Of a stretch of DNA of 64,000 bases, positions 8,839-17,223 are shown piece by piece; the first letter of the stretch is position 1, and every line of letters starts with the position of its first letter. The DNA comes from an uncultured delta proteobacterium (GTDB lineage Bacteria; Desulfobacterota; Desulfobacteria; Desulfobacterales; B30-G6). Under the pieces are notes generated by a model. It searched no databases. It saw only the letters and a program-made list of their open reading frames with translations, and was not told where the DNA came from. Made by a program: the position numbers and the translations under genes. The DNA is taken from assembly GCA_963701385.1 (NCBI GenBank), contig CAVOZW010000017.1:1481-65480 (forward strand), written 5' to 3'.

Positions 8839-11800
8839 ATGCATTCTTTACCAAAAGCAGGCATCATACTGAAATGGGTCTTACAATCTATTATTTTTAG
8901 TATCTTATTTTTCATCTTAGCTTGCAGCAATGATTCTAGTAGCACTTCAAAACATAGAATTGATGTAGGTGGCTCCGTAGCCTTTAGTGTGATCTGGAAT
9001 AGGTCTGATGAGGATACCAGCCTTATTGGCCATAGATCTTTAGATGATTGTTTAGATATAGAGACCGTAGAAGCAACTATCTACGATCAAGGCAACACGT
9101 CATTAAGTCACGGCAGGGAACCATGTTCAGATCATTATATGTCTCTCGAAAATGTAGAGCCCGGAACCAATTTGGAATTAGTTGTATTCGCTCTAGACGC
9201 GAATGACGATTGTTTGTACCGGGGAAATGAGACCATTAGTGTAACCTCGGGCCAGCGAACCACCGTGCAAGATCCAATTGTGGCCGAATCCTTTGTTCCT
9301 GTGGCAACAGCATCTTCAGAAGGGACAACGGTTACCATTACTTGGAACCCTGTTGAAGGCGCTTCTTCTTATAATCTATATTGGGCAACCAGCACCGGCG
9401 TATCAAAGATCAACGGCAATAAGATTGAAGGAATTACGAATACCTATTTCGAGCATCAGGATCTTGCCTCCAACCAGTCCTATTTTTATGTTGTTGCAGC
9501 AATGGACCAGTATCAAAATGAAAGTGTTTGCTCAGATGAGGTCCAGGCATTAACTGGAATTGAGGTTGTGAAAATTTTTTCGTCTGGTAAGAATAAAGGA
9601 AGTAATCCTCGCAACCTGTTAAACGCAAATGGCCTGCTATTTTTTTCGGCGGAAAATACACATTCCTGGAATATCTCAGAATATAAAGGCGTAGAGCTTT
9701 GGGCGAGTGACGGGACAGATGCTGGAACATACCTTGTTGAAGATATCAATATTGGAATAAAAAGCAGCTATCCGGATAATTTTACAATTGTCAATGGAAC
9801 ACTTTATTTTACCGCTTTTCGTTCGGGTGAAGGGGAAGAGTTGTGGAGAAGCAATGGTACTGAAATAAGCACTACACTCGTTAAGGATATAAATCCCGGC
9901 GACTCTTCTAGCGATCCTTCATCCTTGACCGATTTAAATGGTAGGCTCTATTTTACTGCTTGGGTCGACGACAAAGGAAGAGAGCTCTTTAGAAGCGACG
10001 GCACTGCTTCAAACACAGAAATGGTCTCGGAAATCAACCCCGGTGGCGGTAGCAGTTCACCATCAAATCTGACCATTTTTGATGGTGATCTGTTTTTTTC
10101 GGCCTATGATGGAGAGAACTATGGGCTCTGGAAATTAACTGGCGATTATTACTGGTCCACTCCTTCTCAGGTCGATATTCCTGGTGGCAGTAATCCTGGA
10201 GATTTGACTGAATGTAACGGAATGCTCTTTTTTGAAGCTCGGGATCCTGACCATGGTTATGAGCTCTGGGTATACGGCGGTAGTGATGGACCAAAACAAG
10301 GCACCTTTATGGTACGCGACATCTACCCGGGCACCAACATTTCAAGTTATCCTGAAGATTTTATATGTTCAAACGGGGTTCTTTTTTTCGAAGCCAATAA
10401 TGATAGCAATGGAAAAGCATTGTGGAGAAGCGATGGTACAGAATCAGGGACATATATGGTAAAAGATATAAATTCACAAACAGGATATTATGATACCATA
10501 AGCTACATGATGGCTATCGATGGGATACTATACTTTAGCGGTGATGGAGACGATTACGGCAGAGAACTATGGCGTAGCAATGGAACCGACTGGGGTACTT
10601 ATATGATATTGGATATAAATCAAAATGGTTCAGGTGGCAGCTACCCATACGAACTGCAAAATGTAAATGGAACATTGTTCTTCAGGGCAGATGACGGCAC
10701 CGGCCGGGAGCTTTGGAAAAGCGATGGTACTCAGGGAAACGCTGAAAAAGTTAAAGACATTTATCCAGACGGTTCATACGTTAATCACGACATCGGCGAT
10801 TTTGAGACAATGGATGACACACTTTTTTTTAGAGCGGATGATGGCCGGAATGGAACGGAACTCTGGAAGAGCAATGGGACAGCATCCACCACAGAAATGG
10901 TTAAGAATATAAACACATCAGCCGACAATGATTACGCTATCTCTTCTGATATAATTGAAGTAAACAACACGCTTTTCTTCTCAGCCAAAGATATGGATTA
11001 TGGCAACGAACTCTGGACAAGTGATGGCACAAATTCCGGAACAACTGTAATTGATATAACCCCCGGAAATGATGGCACCAATATTACTCAACTGACCAAA
11101 TCGAACAACATGTTGTTTTTCAGAGCAGATACAGAACTAACTGGCTCGGAAGTTTGGGTTAGTGATGGTACAGAATCAGGCACTATTAATCTTGAAATAT
11201 GCCCCGGCACTTGCTCAAGCTCACCTTGGTACCTTTTGGATTACAACGATAGGTTATACTTTCAGGCACAAGGCACGGATTCAGACAGTGAACTATATAT
11301 TAGCGATGGAACGATTGCAGGAACAAAGATATTTATGGATTTAGATCAAACAGGGTCGAGTTATCCTAGATTATTAACAAAATTTGATGAATTCTTTTAT
11401 TTTTTTACACGAGACGCTTCCTCTAACTACAAGATCTGGCAGAGTGATGGTACTGAGATAGGGACCTTCTTTATTACGAGCTTTTCTTCAGATAATACCT
11501 ACATCTATCCCCACCTTCTGTCATATGCTGGTGATCAATTGTTCATGATTATTGAGGATGATTACTATGCCGAGCTTTGGACAAGCGATGGTACCGAAGC
11601 CGGAACTGAACGGGTCACCGGCGTTGGCCCTGGTGAATATTTTTCTTACGGCAATCCAATTGATTTTGATGGGGTGTTTATCTTCACTAAAAAAGAAGAT
11701 TACTATTATGAAACCAATCGCACGACGCTTATCAGAAGCGATGGTACCGAGGCTGGTACATACGATCTTAAAGATATAACCACCACGAATACGATTGGTC

Positions 11801-12201
11801 CTTCCGCTGATTTTTTCAATAGTTATTTCAAGGACTATACCGTACTTTTTAAGAACAAACTTTATTTTGCCGGCTATGACGAATCAACTGGCACTGAGCT
11901 ATGGACCAGTGACGGCACCCCAGAGGGAACAAATATACTCAAGGACATAAACCCGTCAGGACATAGTTTTCCATGCCATTTTACAGTTGTTGAGGATGTG
12001 TTGTTTTTTACCGCAGACGATGGGGCCAATGGGCTTGAATTATGGTCAACCGATGGAACAGAAGCGGGCACCCTGCTTTACAGGGACATGAATCCCCTCG
12101 GGCACAGTTACCCTAAAAGCCTGACCAATATTGACGGCGTGTTGTATTTCGAAGCGTATGACAGCCTAAATGGTTATGTTCTAAGGAGATTGACATATTA
12201 A
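8839..12201 (+). CDS. ELWxxDGT-repeat protein with an N-terminal signal/TM segment and an FN3-like domain
   Basis: 1120 aa. FN3-like TVTITWNPVEGASSYNLYWATS. About 17 copies of the motif (ELWASDGTDAGT, ELWRSNGTEIST, ALWRSDGTESGT ... ELWSTDGTEAGT). Confidence 0.85.
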   Translation: MHSLPKAGIILKWVLQSIIFSILFFILACSNDSSSTSKHRIDVGGSVAFSVIWNRSDEDTSLIGHRSLDDCLDIETVEATIYDQGNTSLSHGREPCSDHYMSLENVEPGTNLELVVFALDANDDCLYRGNETISVTSGQRTTVQDPIVAESFVPVATASSEGTTVTITWNPVEGASSYNLYWATSTGVSKINGNKIEGITNTYFEHQDLASNQSYFYVVAAMDQYQNESVCSDEVQALTGIEVVKIFSSGKNKGSNPRNLLNANGLLFFSAENTHSWNISEYKGVELWASDGTDAGTYLVEDINIGIKSSYPDNFTIVNGTLYFTAFRSGEGEELWRSNGTEISTTLVKDINPGDSSSDPSSLTDLNGRLYFTAWVDDKGRELFRSDGTASNTEMVSEINPGGGSSSPSNLTIFDGDLFFSAYDGENYGLWKLTGDYYWSTPSQVDIPGGSNPGDLTECNGMLFFEARDPDHGYELWVYGGSDGPKQGTFMVRDIYPGTNISSYPEDFICSNGVLFFEANNDSNGKALWRSDGTESGTYMVKDINSQTGYYDTISYMMAIDGILYFSGDGDDYGRELWRSNGTDWGTYMILDINQNGSGGSYPYELQNVNGTLFFRADDGTGRELWKSDGTQGNAEKVKDIYPDGSYVNHDIGDFETMDDTLFFRADDGRNGTELWKSNGTASTTEMVKNINTSADNDYAISSDIIEVNNTLFFSAKDMDYGNELWTSDGTNSGTTVIDITPGNDGTNITQLTKSNNMLFFRADTELTGSEVWVSDGTESGTINLEICPGTCSSSPWYLLDYNDRLYFQAQGTDSDSELYISDGTIAGTKIFMDLDQTGSSYPRLLTKFDEFFYFFTRDASSNYKIWQSDGTEIGTFFITSFSSDNTYIYPHLLSYAGDQLFMIIEDDYYAELWTSDGTEAGTERVTGVGPGEYFSYGNPIDFDGVFIFTKKEDYYYETNRTTLIRSDGTEAGTYDLKDITTTNTIGPSADFFNSYFKDYTVLFKNKLYFAGYDESTGTELWTSDGTPEGTNILKDINPSGHSFPCHFTVVEDVLFFTADDGANGLELWSTDGTEAGTLLYRDMNPLGHSYPKSLTNIDGVLYFEAYDSLNGYVLRRLTY
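9694..12075 (+). repeat. Coding tandem array of ~17 ELWxxDGT repeat units (about 45-60 aa each)
   Basis: The motif E-L-W-x-S-D-G-T-x-x-G-T recurs through the ORF translation. Confidence 0.8.
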
Positions 12202-12232
12202 TCACATTGAGTATGTTTCTCGATGGTTTGTT

Positions 12233-14128
12233 TCAGGGCACCAGGACCACGCGAAAGCCGACGGCCTCGGCGGCAAAACCGGGTGGGAAACCCACCCGCG
12301 TGGCCGAGCGGCAGTCGTGTGCCTCGCTGAAAAAGTGGCCCCCGCGCATGACGCGCTCGCTGCCCGAAGGCGGGCCGGTTGGATCTTTGGCTGGACCGTC
12401 TGAATAGGTACCATACCAATCCTGGCACCACTCGGTCACGTTACCGTGCATGTCAAACAGCCCCCATTCGTTGGGCTCGAGCGTTGCCACCTTAATCGGG
12501 CCCTTTCTATCCTGCTTGAAGTGGGCTTTGCATTGGTCAAAATGTGGCCCGAGAGATCCAAAATTGCTCTGATCGGTTGACAGGCAATTTCCGTAGGCAA
12601 AAACGGTTTTGGAACCGGCGCGGCAGGCATACTCCCACTGCGCTTCACTGGGCAGCTTATAGACACGACCATCCATCTTTTCGAGCCATTTTATAAATGC
12701 CTGGGCATCATTCCAGGTGACACAGGCCACTGGATGCGCATCGGTCAGTGTTCTCTCATCAGACGGATTGGGATCCTGCCAATTGCCGCCAGGCTGCTTT
12801 TTCCAGCGACCGCGCTTTGTGCCGATCCAGCAGGCCTTGGAACGGTCTGCCTCGGTTTGATAGGCAGTGGCTTGCACAAATTTTTTGAACTGGCCGATGG
12901 TGACCTCGCTGGTCTGCAGAAAATATGGCTTTGAAATGCTAACCTGGTGTAAATTTTCATCATCACCTTTATAGCTTTGGTCTTGGGGTGTCCCCATACT
13001 GAATGTGCCGGGCATGATCCTAACAAAACGCATACCCAAGAAATTGGTATAGGTACCCGCATCCTTTTTCAAAACAACTTTCAGTCTTTTTTCCTGCCCG
13101 GCCTCTAAGGTGATCCATTGTTTACTGTCCTTAAAATCTTTGGCAGACACCTCGATATGATATTGCCCCGGTTTCAAAGCAATACCCTGGCTGAACTTCG
13201 GTTTGATGTTGAGTATCCTTATACGAGCTTCTTTGGGTTGGGCGTCGATATATAGACTTGCTTCCTTTGGCTTTGGCATTGCCTTTAATTTCATCATGAT
13301 GAAATCGCCGGCAGCCAATTCAGCTTTTCTACTTTTGGCATACTGGGGATGCTGGCTGCCTTTGGTGCCCCGCTCGACCCACTGGGAAAGAAAGTGGCCC
13401 AGTTCCGACCCGGTGATATAATCGTCATAAATAACATTGGCATCACCCAGAAACCCCTGAATGGTATATTTCTTGAAAATGCTTCGATCGGGCACTGGTT
13501 CGTCCGCACGTCCGGCAATGATATACTGTCTTATGGGATTGGTACTGCGGTTGCCGATGGGTTTAATCGAAGGAACGGCCAAATCAAATTCCTGGCCGGA
13601 AAACGAGCAATCGAACAGCATCAACACTTGCCGGGACCGTATTTGCAGAGAAAAGGCCTCAATCGCCCGGGTGCTGACAGCTTTATTCTCAAATCCCTCG
13701 GGGTCGATGCGCATCAGGGGGCTATCGATGGGTATGATCCAACCCTGGGTGCTTCCATCCGGCATGATCCGCGTCTCACCGTGCCCGGCGAAATAGAACA
13801 AAAGGCTCCGCTCTTCATCCTGCCCGGTGACATATACAAGGTCATTCAAAGCACCTTTCAATTCCAGAGATGTGGGATCTGTCAGCAGCGTTACCGAAAT
13901 GCCATTGTGTGTCAGCAACTGTGAAATCTCTCTGGCATCCTGGATTGCATTCGGTAAAATCGGCCAGCTGACGTAATTGCTCACACCCACGACCAAGGCG
14001 TGGTAGTCTCTGGCCAGATATTTGGATCTGACCGGTTCCGCATCAATTGCTTTTTCCTGGGCCAGCACATCTTGAACCCCGGTGGACATAAGCAAGATGA
14101 AAAAACAAATCCTTAAAAACTGATGCAT
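12233..14128 (-). CDS. Secreted caspase-like (C14) domain fused to an FGE-sulfatase (SUMF1-type) domain
   Basis: 631 aa with a signal peptide. Caspase dyad context LLFYFAGHGETR and VLMLFDCSFSG. C-terminal FGE-sulfatase motifs: MPGTFSMGTP, HPVACVTWNDAQAFIKWL, YKLPSEAQWEYACRAG, GLFDMHGNVTEWCQDWY, RVMRGGHF, GFRVV. Confidence 0.85.
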   Translation of the reverse strand: MHQFLRICFFILLMSTGVQDVLAQEKAIDAEPVRSKYLARDYHALVVGVSNYVSWPILPNAIQDAREISQLLTHNGISVTLLTDPTSLELKGALNDLVYVTGQDEERSLLFYFAGHGETRIMPDGSTQGWIIPIDSPLMRIDPEGFENKAVSTRAIEAFSLQIRSRQVLMLFDCSFSGQEFDLAVPSIKPIGNRSTNPIRQYIIAGRADEPVPDRSIFKKYTIQGFLGDANVIYDDYITGSELGHFLSQWVERGTKGSQHPQYAKSRKAELAAGDFIMMKLKAMPKPKEASLYIDAQPKEARIRILNIKPKFSQGIALKPGQYHIEVSAKDFKDSKQWITLEAGQEKRLKVVLKKDAGTYTNFLGMRFVRIMPGTFSMGTPQDQSYKGDDENLHQVSISKPYFLQTSEVTIGQFKKFVQATAYQTEADRSKACWIGTKRGRWKKQPGGNWQDPNPSDERTLTDAHPVACVTWNDAQAFIKWLEKMDGRVYKLPSEAQWEYACRAGSKTVFAYGNCLSTDQSNFGSLGPHFDQCKAHFKQDRKGPIKVATLEPNEWGLFDMHGNVTEWCQDWYGTYSDGPAKDPTGPPSGSERVMRGGHFFSEAHDCRSATRVGFPPGFAAEAVGFRVVLVP

Positions 14129-14172
14129 CCCGATTAGATCCTTATGGCATGTTGTTCATACGGTCATTGCGT

Positions 14173-15636
14173 CTACTGGGTTGCGCCAAGCGGGTTCTCG
14201 AAATTAAATCCGAAAAGGCCCGGATTTTCACCGATCACTGCCGCTGAAAAAATATAGAAAACATAATCGTAGGTTTCTTTTGGGATTCTGTTTCTATACC
14301 TTGTCAGCATCTGCCAAAAATTGCGTTCTCTGGGATTTTGCGGCATACTTTGAATCAAATCGATGACCCGGCGTTCTCCCCAGTTATAGGAGGCCATGAC
14401 CAATAGTCCCGAGGCTTGCGCTTCGGTTGTATAAATATCGCTGAGATATCGGGCCGCGGCCAGCGTCGATCTGCCGAAATGATGCCGCTCGTCCCTGGGA
14501 TCGGGTTTACGCTCCTCCACCAGGGGTCCGGGCCTCAATCCGTAGTTAGCAGCGGTGGTGGGGATAAATTGCCACATACCCTTGGCTATACCCCAGCGTG
14601 TTTTGGGACCGCAGGCATTGATGTCAAACCCGCTTTCCTGAAGCGCCAGATAAAGAAACTGAGGCGGCAGGCCGTACTCTTGCATGGTATAAATGATTTT
14701 TGGAATATAGTGATTGTCCCTTGCCCTTTGAATCGCATTGTTCAATCGTTGGGTTGCTTTCCACTTCTCAATGTAAACCATGACCTCTTCAACAAACTCT
14801 TTGGGTGTATTAATTTCACACTCACCAAAAGACCTGGCCATCCTCAGGATCAGTTGTTCCGCTTCACTGATCCCCTTGCCATACACCTTGAGAGTGTCTA
14901 AAAATTGGTTGTAGCTGTCCTCCAGCTGCATCTGCCTGGCTCTGAATTGTATGATCTGCTCCCGTGATTTGCTGCTGTCCGTCATGGCGACCGATTTCAT
15001 AACCTTGGCGAGTTCTATTTCGAGTGATCGCATGTTGTAAAAAATATCGGCCGCTAATTTACGCTGTTTGTTTGCCTTCAAGGTGTTCATAACGGCGTAT
15101 CCGCCGGTTATCAGCAGAAGACTTACCACCAGAGCGATAATCCAGGTATACTTTCGCTTTTGCTTTTTGTGGATCTCGGCAAAAGCCTGCCGAACCATCA
15201 TGGTGTGCGCGCCCACGGTGTCGTCTTTGGTATCGCCGAAATAGTGCTTTTTGTAATGGGTGAGCGTACGGGAGTCGGTAGTGGTGGTTTCCTTCTGCGG
15301 TATTTCCGGCACCGTCATTTCCAGGACGGGGCCGGTGGGTCCCAGTTGTACCTGGTGCTGACCGGTTAGCGGGGTGCGGTCGATTCGGTTCCCATCGACA
15401 AAGGTGCCGTTGCCGCTGTTATTATCCTCGATCCACCAGTTTTCATGCTCGATGAAGACCCTGGCATGAACCCGGCTGACCATGAGATTTTTTATCTGTA
15501 TATCACAGTTTTTCTCACGCCCGATGCTGAAATTTTTGCTGAAAGAACCCTTCTGATAATCAGATTCGCCACCTTCGAACTTGACCTGGATCTCAGGAGG
15601 AGATGGAGACGAATTGTTCATGGAAGGGATACTCAT
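14173..15636 (-). CDS. FHA domain - TM helix - lytic transglycosylase (SLT) domain fusion protein
   Basis: 487 aa. FHA: FSIGREKNCDIQI...VSRVHARVFIEHENWWIEDNNSGNGTFVDG. TM: YTWIIALVVSLLLITGGYAVM. SLT: FLYLALQESGFDINACGPKTRWGIAKGMWQFIPTTAANYGL, containing the catalytic Glu-Ser motif. Confidence 0.8.
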   Translation of the reverse strand: MSIPSMNNSSPSPPEIQVKFEGGESDYQKGSFSKNFSIGREKNCDIQIKNLMVSRVHARVFIEHENWWIEDNNSGNGTFVDGNRIDRTPLTGQHQVQLGPTGPVLEMTVPEIPQKETTTTDSRTLTHYKKHYFGDTKDDTVGAHTMMVRQAFAEIHKKQKRKYTWIIALVVSLLLITGGYAVMNTLKANKQRKLAADIFYNMRSLEIELAKVMKSVAMTDSSKSREQIIQFRARQMQLEDSYNQFLDTLKVYGKGISEAEQLILRMARSFGECEINTPKEFVEEVMVYIEKWKATQRLNNAIQRARDNHYIPKIIYTMQEYGLPPQFLYLALQESGFDINACGPKTRWGIAKGMWQFIPTTAANYGLRPGPLVEERKPDPRDERHHFGRSTLAAARYLSDIYTTEAQASGLLVMASYNWGERRVIDLIQSMPQNPRERNFWQMLTRYRNRIPKETYDYVFYIFSAAVIGENPGLFGFNFENPLGATQ

Positions 15637-15795
15637 AGTGCTACCATTAACACCCTGTTATATTTATTTAATATATCTTTTTATGACATATGAATGCCAG
15701 CTTATCAATTATCATTTGTGGGATTTGGGCAACAGCCCGTCAAGATGTGACCCCTAATATGCTTTTTTTCGGAAATTTTCATGGCTTTATTGAAT

Positions 15796-17223
15796 TTACG
15801 GAGCAAGACAAAACAGCTTGCGGGTACAGGCAAAGCACACATTGCCATCAGTTGTAATCACCGGATTGCTCGTTATGGGTTCGTTGTCCGGTACCACGAT
15901 TTCCCAAACCGGTTCGGGTCCTTCATCGATAAGCCACAACCGGCCCTGTTGCTTAACCAGTATCTTGTTGTTGACTGTTGCTGTCACCAAGGGATCCTGG
16001 CCACCGTTGAATCCCAAGTTCCATTCTAGTTCCTCGGACTTAGCAGGCAATGGAAACTCCCACAGTAGCGCCCTGTTTTGGACACACAGAATGCGGTCCA
16101 GGGTGGCCACCAGAATCCGTCCGTCTAGCAATGTCACGGGAGGTTGCACCGGTTTCCCGGTTGGTAGATCAATCTCGACCAGTTTAATACCCGTGGGTGA
16201 AAACCTTAACAGGTGCATGCCGGTCACCCGTTGCTGGAGTCCCCAAATCGTATCTTCGAAATCCACCGAGACCATGCCTGCCATCAACTGGGTTTCGATC
16301 TTCCCGACCTCCTGTCCGTCCATATTGATCAGTTGCACCTGATCTTCCCGGCATAATACAACAGTGCCATCAGAAAGCACCGGCGAACGGGCGCCGTATG
16401 CATCGTATTCCTTCATCCATTTGATGCTGTCCATCTCACCACCCAAACGCTTACGCAACATCACAATGTCCTTGGCGTTTGGATTGCCTGGATGTGCGTA
16501 GTTTTGGAACACCATCACGACATCATCATCTTTTTGGAAAAAAGCCAACGGCGACGAATCTGACCGCCATCCGTCTATGTGCACGACCATGATACGTTCG
16601 TCATCGTCATTCTCTTCATCGTCTTCGTCATCGTCATCAGTACCATACGGTACGTCGTCGTAATCCTCGTCCTCCTCCCCTTCAACGTACTGGGCGAGAT
16701 CCGGACCCCGCAAGCCGAGGCAGGTATCGGCCGCATGGATGTAGTTGCCTTGACCCAGTAAGGCAAACAGACTCGGTGTACTCGGCGTCGTGGCCTCTAT
16801 CAGCTCTTTGTCCAACTGTACAATCCAGTGCTGCATCTGGCCCACGGCGATCATGGCGTCTCCGTCACTGAGCAGCCATTCGGCGACATCCGGTGGGCTA
16901 CCGGCGTCCAAAAGTGAAAGTTCAATCGGCTTGCCAAGGCGCGGGGAAAACTGGGTCAAATTAATGCCGACCACACTGTTCAATTGAGCATTGGCAAAAG
17001 CTTGGCCATAGGAGGGTTGGGGTCGCATATTCATTTTCCTGTCCCTTTCATAACGGCCATCGAGACCGCTTTTTGTTGTCTTATTTTTCGCTCCAGCCCG
17101 CAGCACGGAAGCCTCCTCCGCTGAAACGCACCCCACACAAATGGCGATCACCAGTACGGCGCCCAGAAGCGTTAATATTTTTTTACGGTGTAATTGTTGC
17201 CAGGGCATTTGGTTTGCATCCAT
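15796..17223 (-). CDS. Exported protein with PQQ/beta-propeller-like repeats and a poly-acidic insert; candidate immunity protein
   Basis: 475 aa. Signal/TM segment KKILTLLGAVLVIAICVGCVSA. Acidic run EGEEDEDYDDVPYGTDDDDEDDEENDDDE. Its 5' end overlaps the stop of the upstream zincin gene; Met at 17208 is an alternative start. Confidence 0.45.
   Translation of the reverse strand: MDANQMPWQQLHRKKILTLLGAVLVIAICVGCVSAEEASVLRAGAKNKTTKSGLDGRYERDRKMNMRPQPSYGQAFANAQLNSVVGINLTQFSPRLGKPIELSLLDAGSPPDVAEWLLSDGDAMIAVGQMQHWIVQLDKELIEATTPSTPSLFALLGQGNYIHAADTCLGLRGPDLAQYVEGEEDEDYDDVPYGTDDDDEDDEENDDDERIMVVHIDGWRSDSSPLAFFQKDDDVVMVFQNYAHPGNPNAKDIVMLRKRLGGEMDSIKWMKEYDAYGARSPVLSDGTVVLCREDQVQLINMDGQEVGKIETQLMAGMVSVDFEDTIWGLQQRVTGMHLLRFSPTGIKLVEIDLPTGKPVQPPVTLLDGRILVATLDRILCVQNRALLWEFPLPAKSEELEWNLGFNGGQDPLVTATVNNKILVKQQGRLWLIDEGPEPVWEIVVPDNEPITSNPVITTDGNVCFACTRKLFCLAP

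Noticed and set aside
12198-12431. Three overlapping 66-77-aa ORFs at the 3' end of the caspase-FGE gene
   Set aside because: They are Arg/Pro/Gly-rich alternative-frame products of the conserved FGE-sulfatase C-terminus. There is no independent support.
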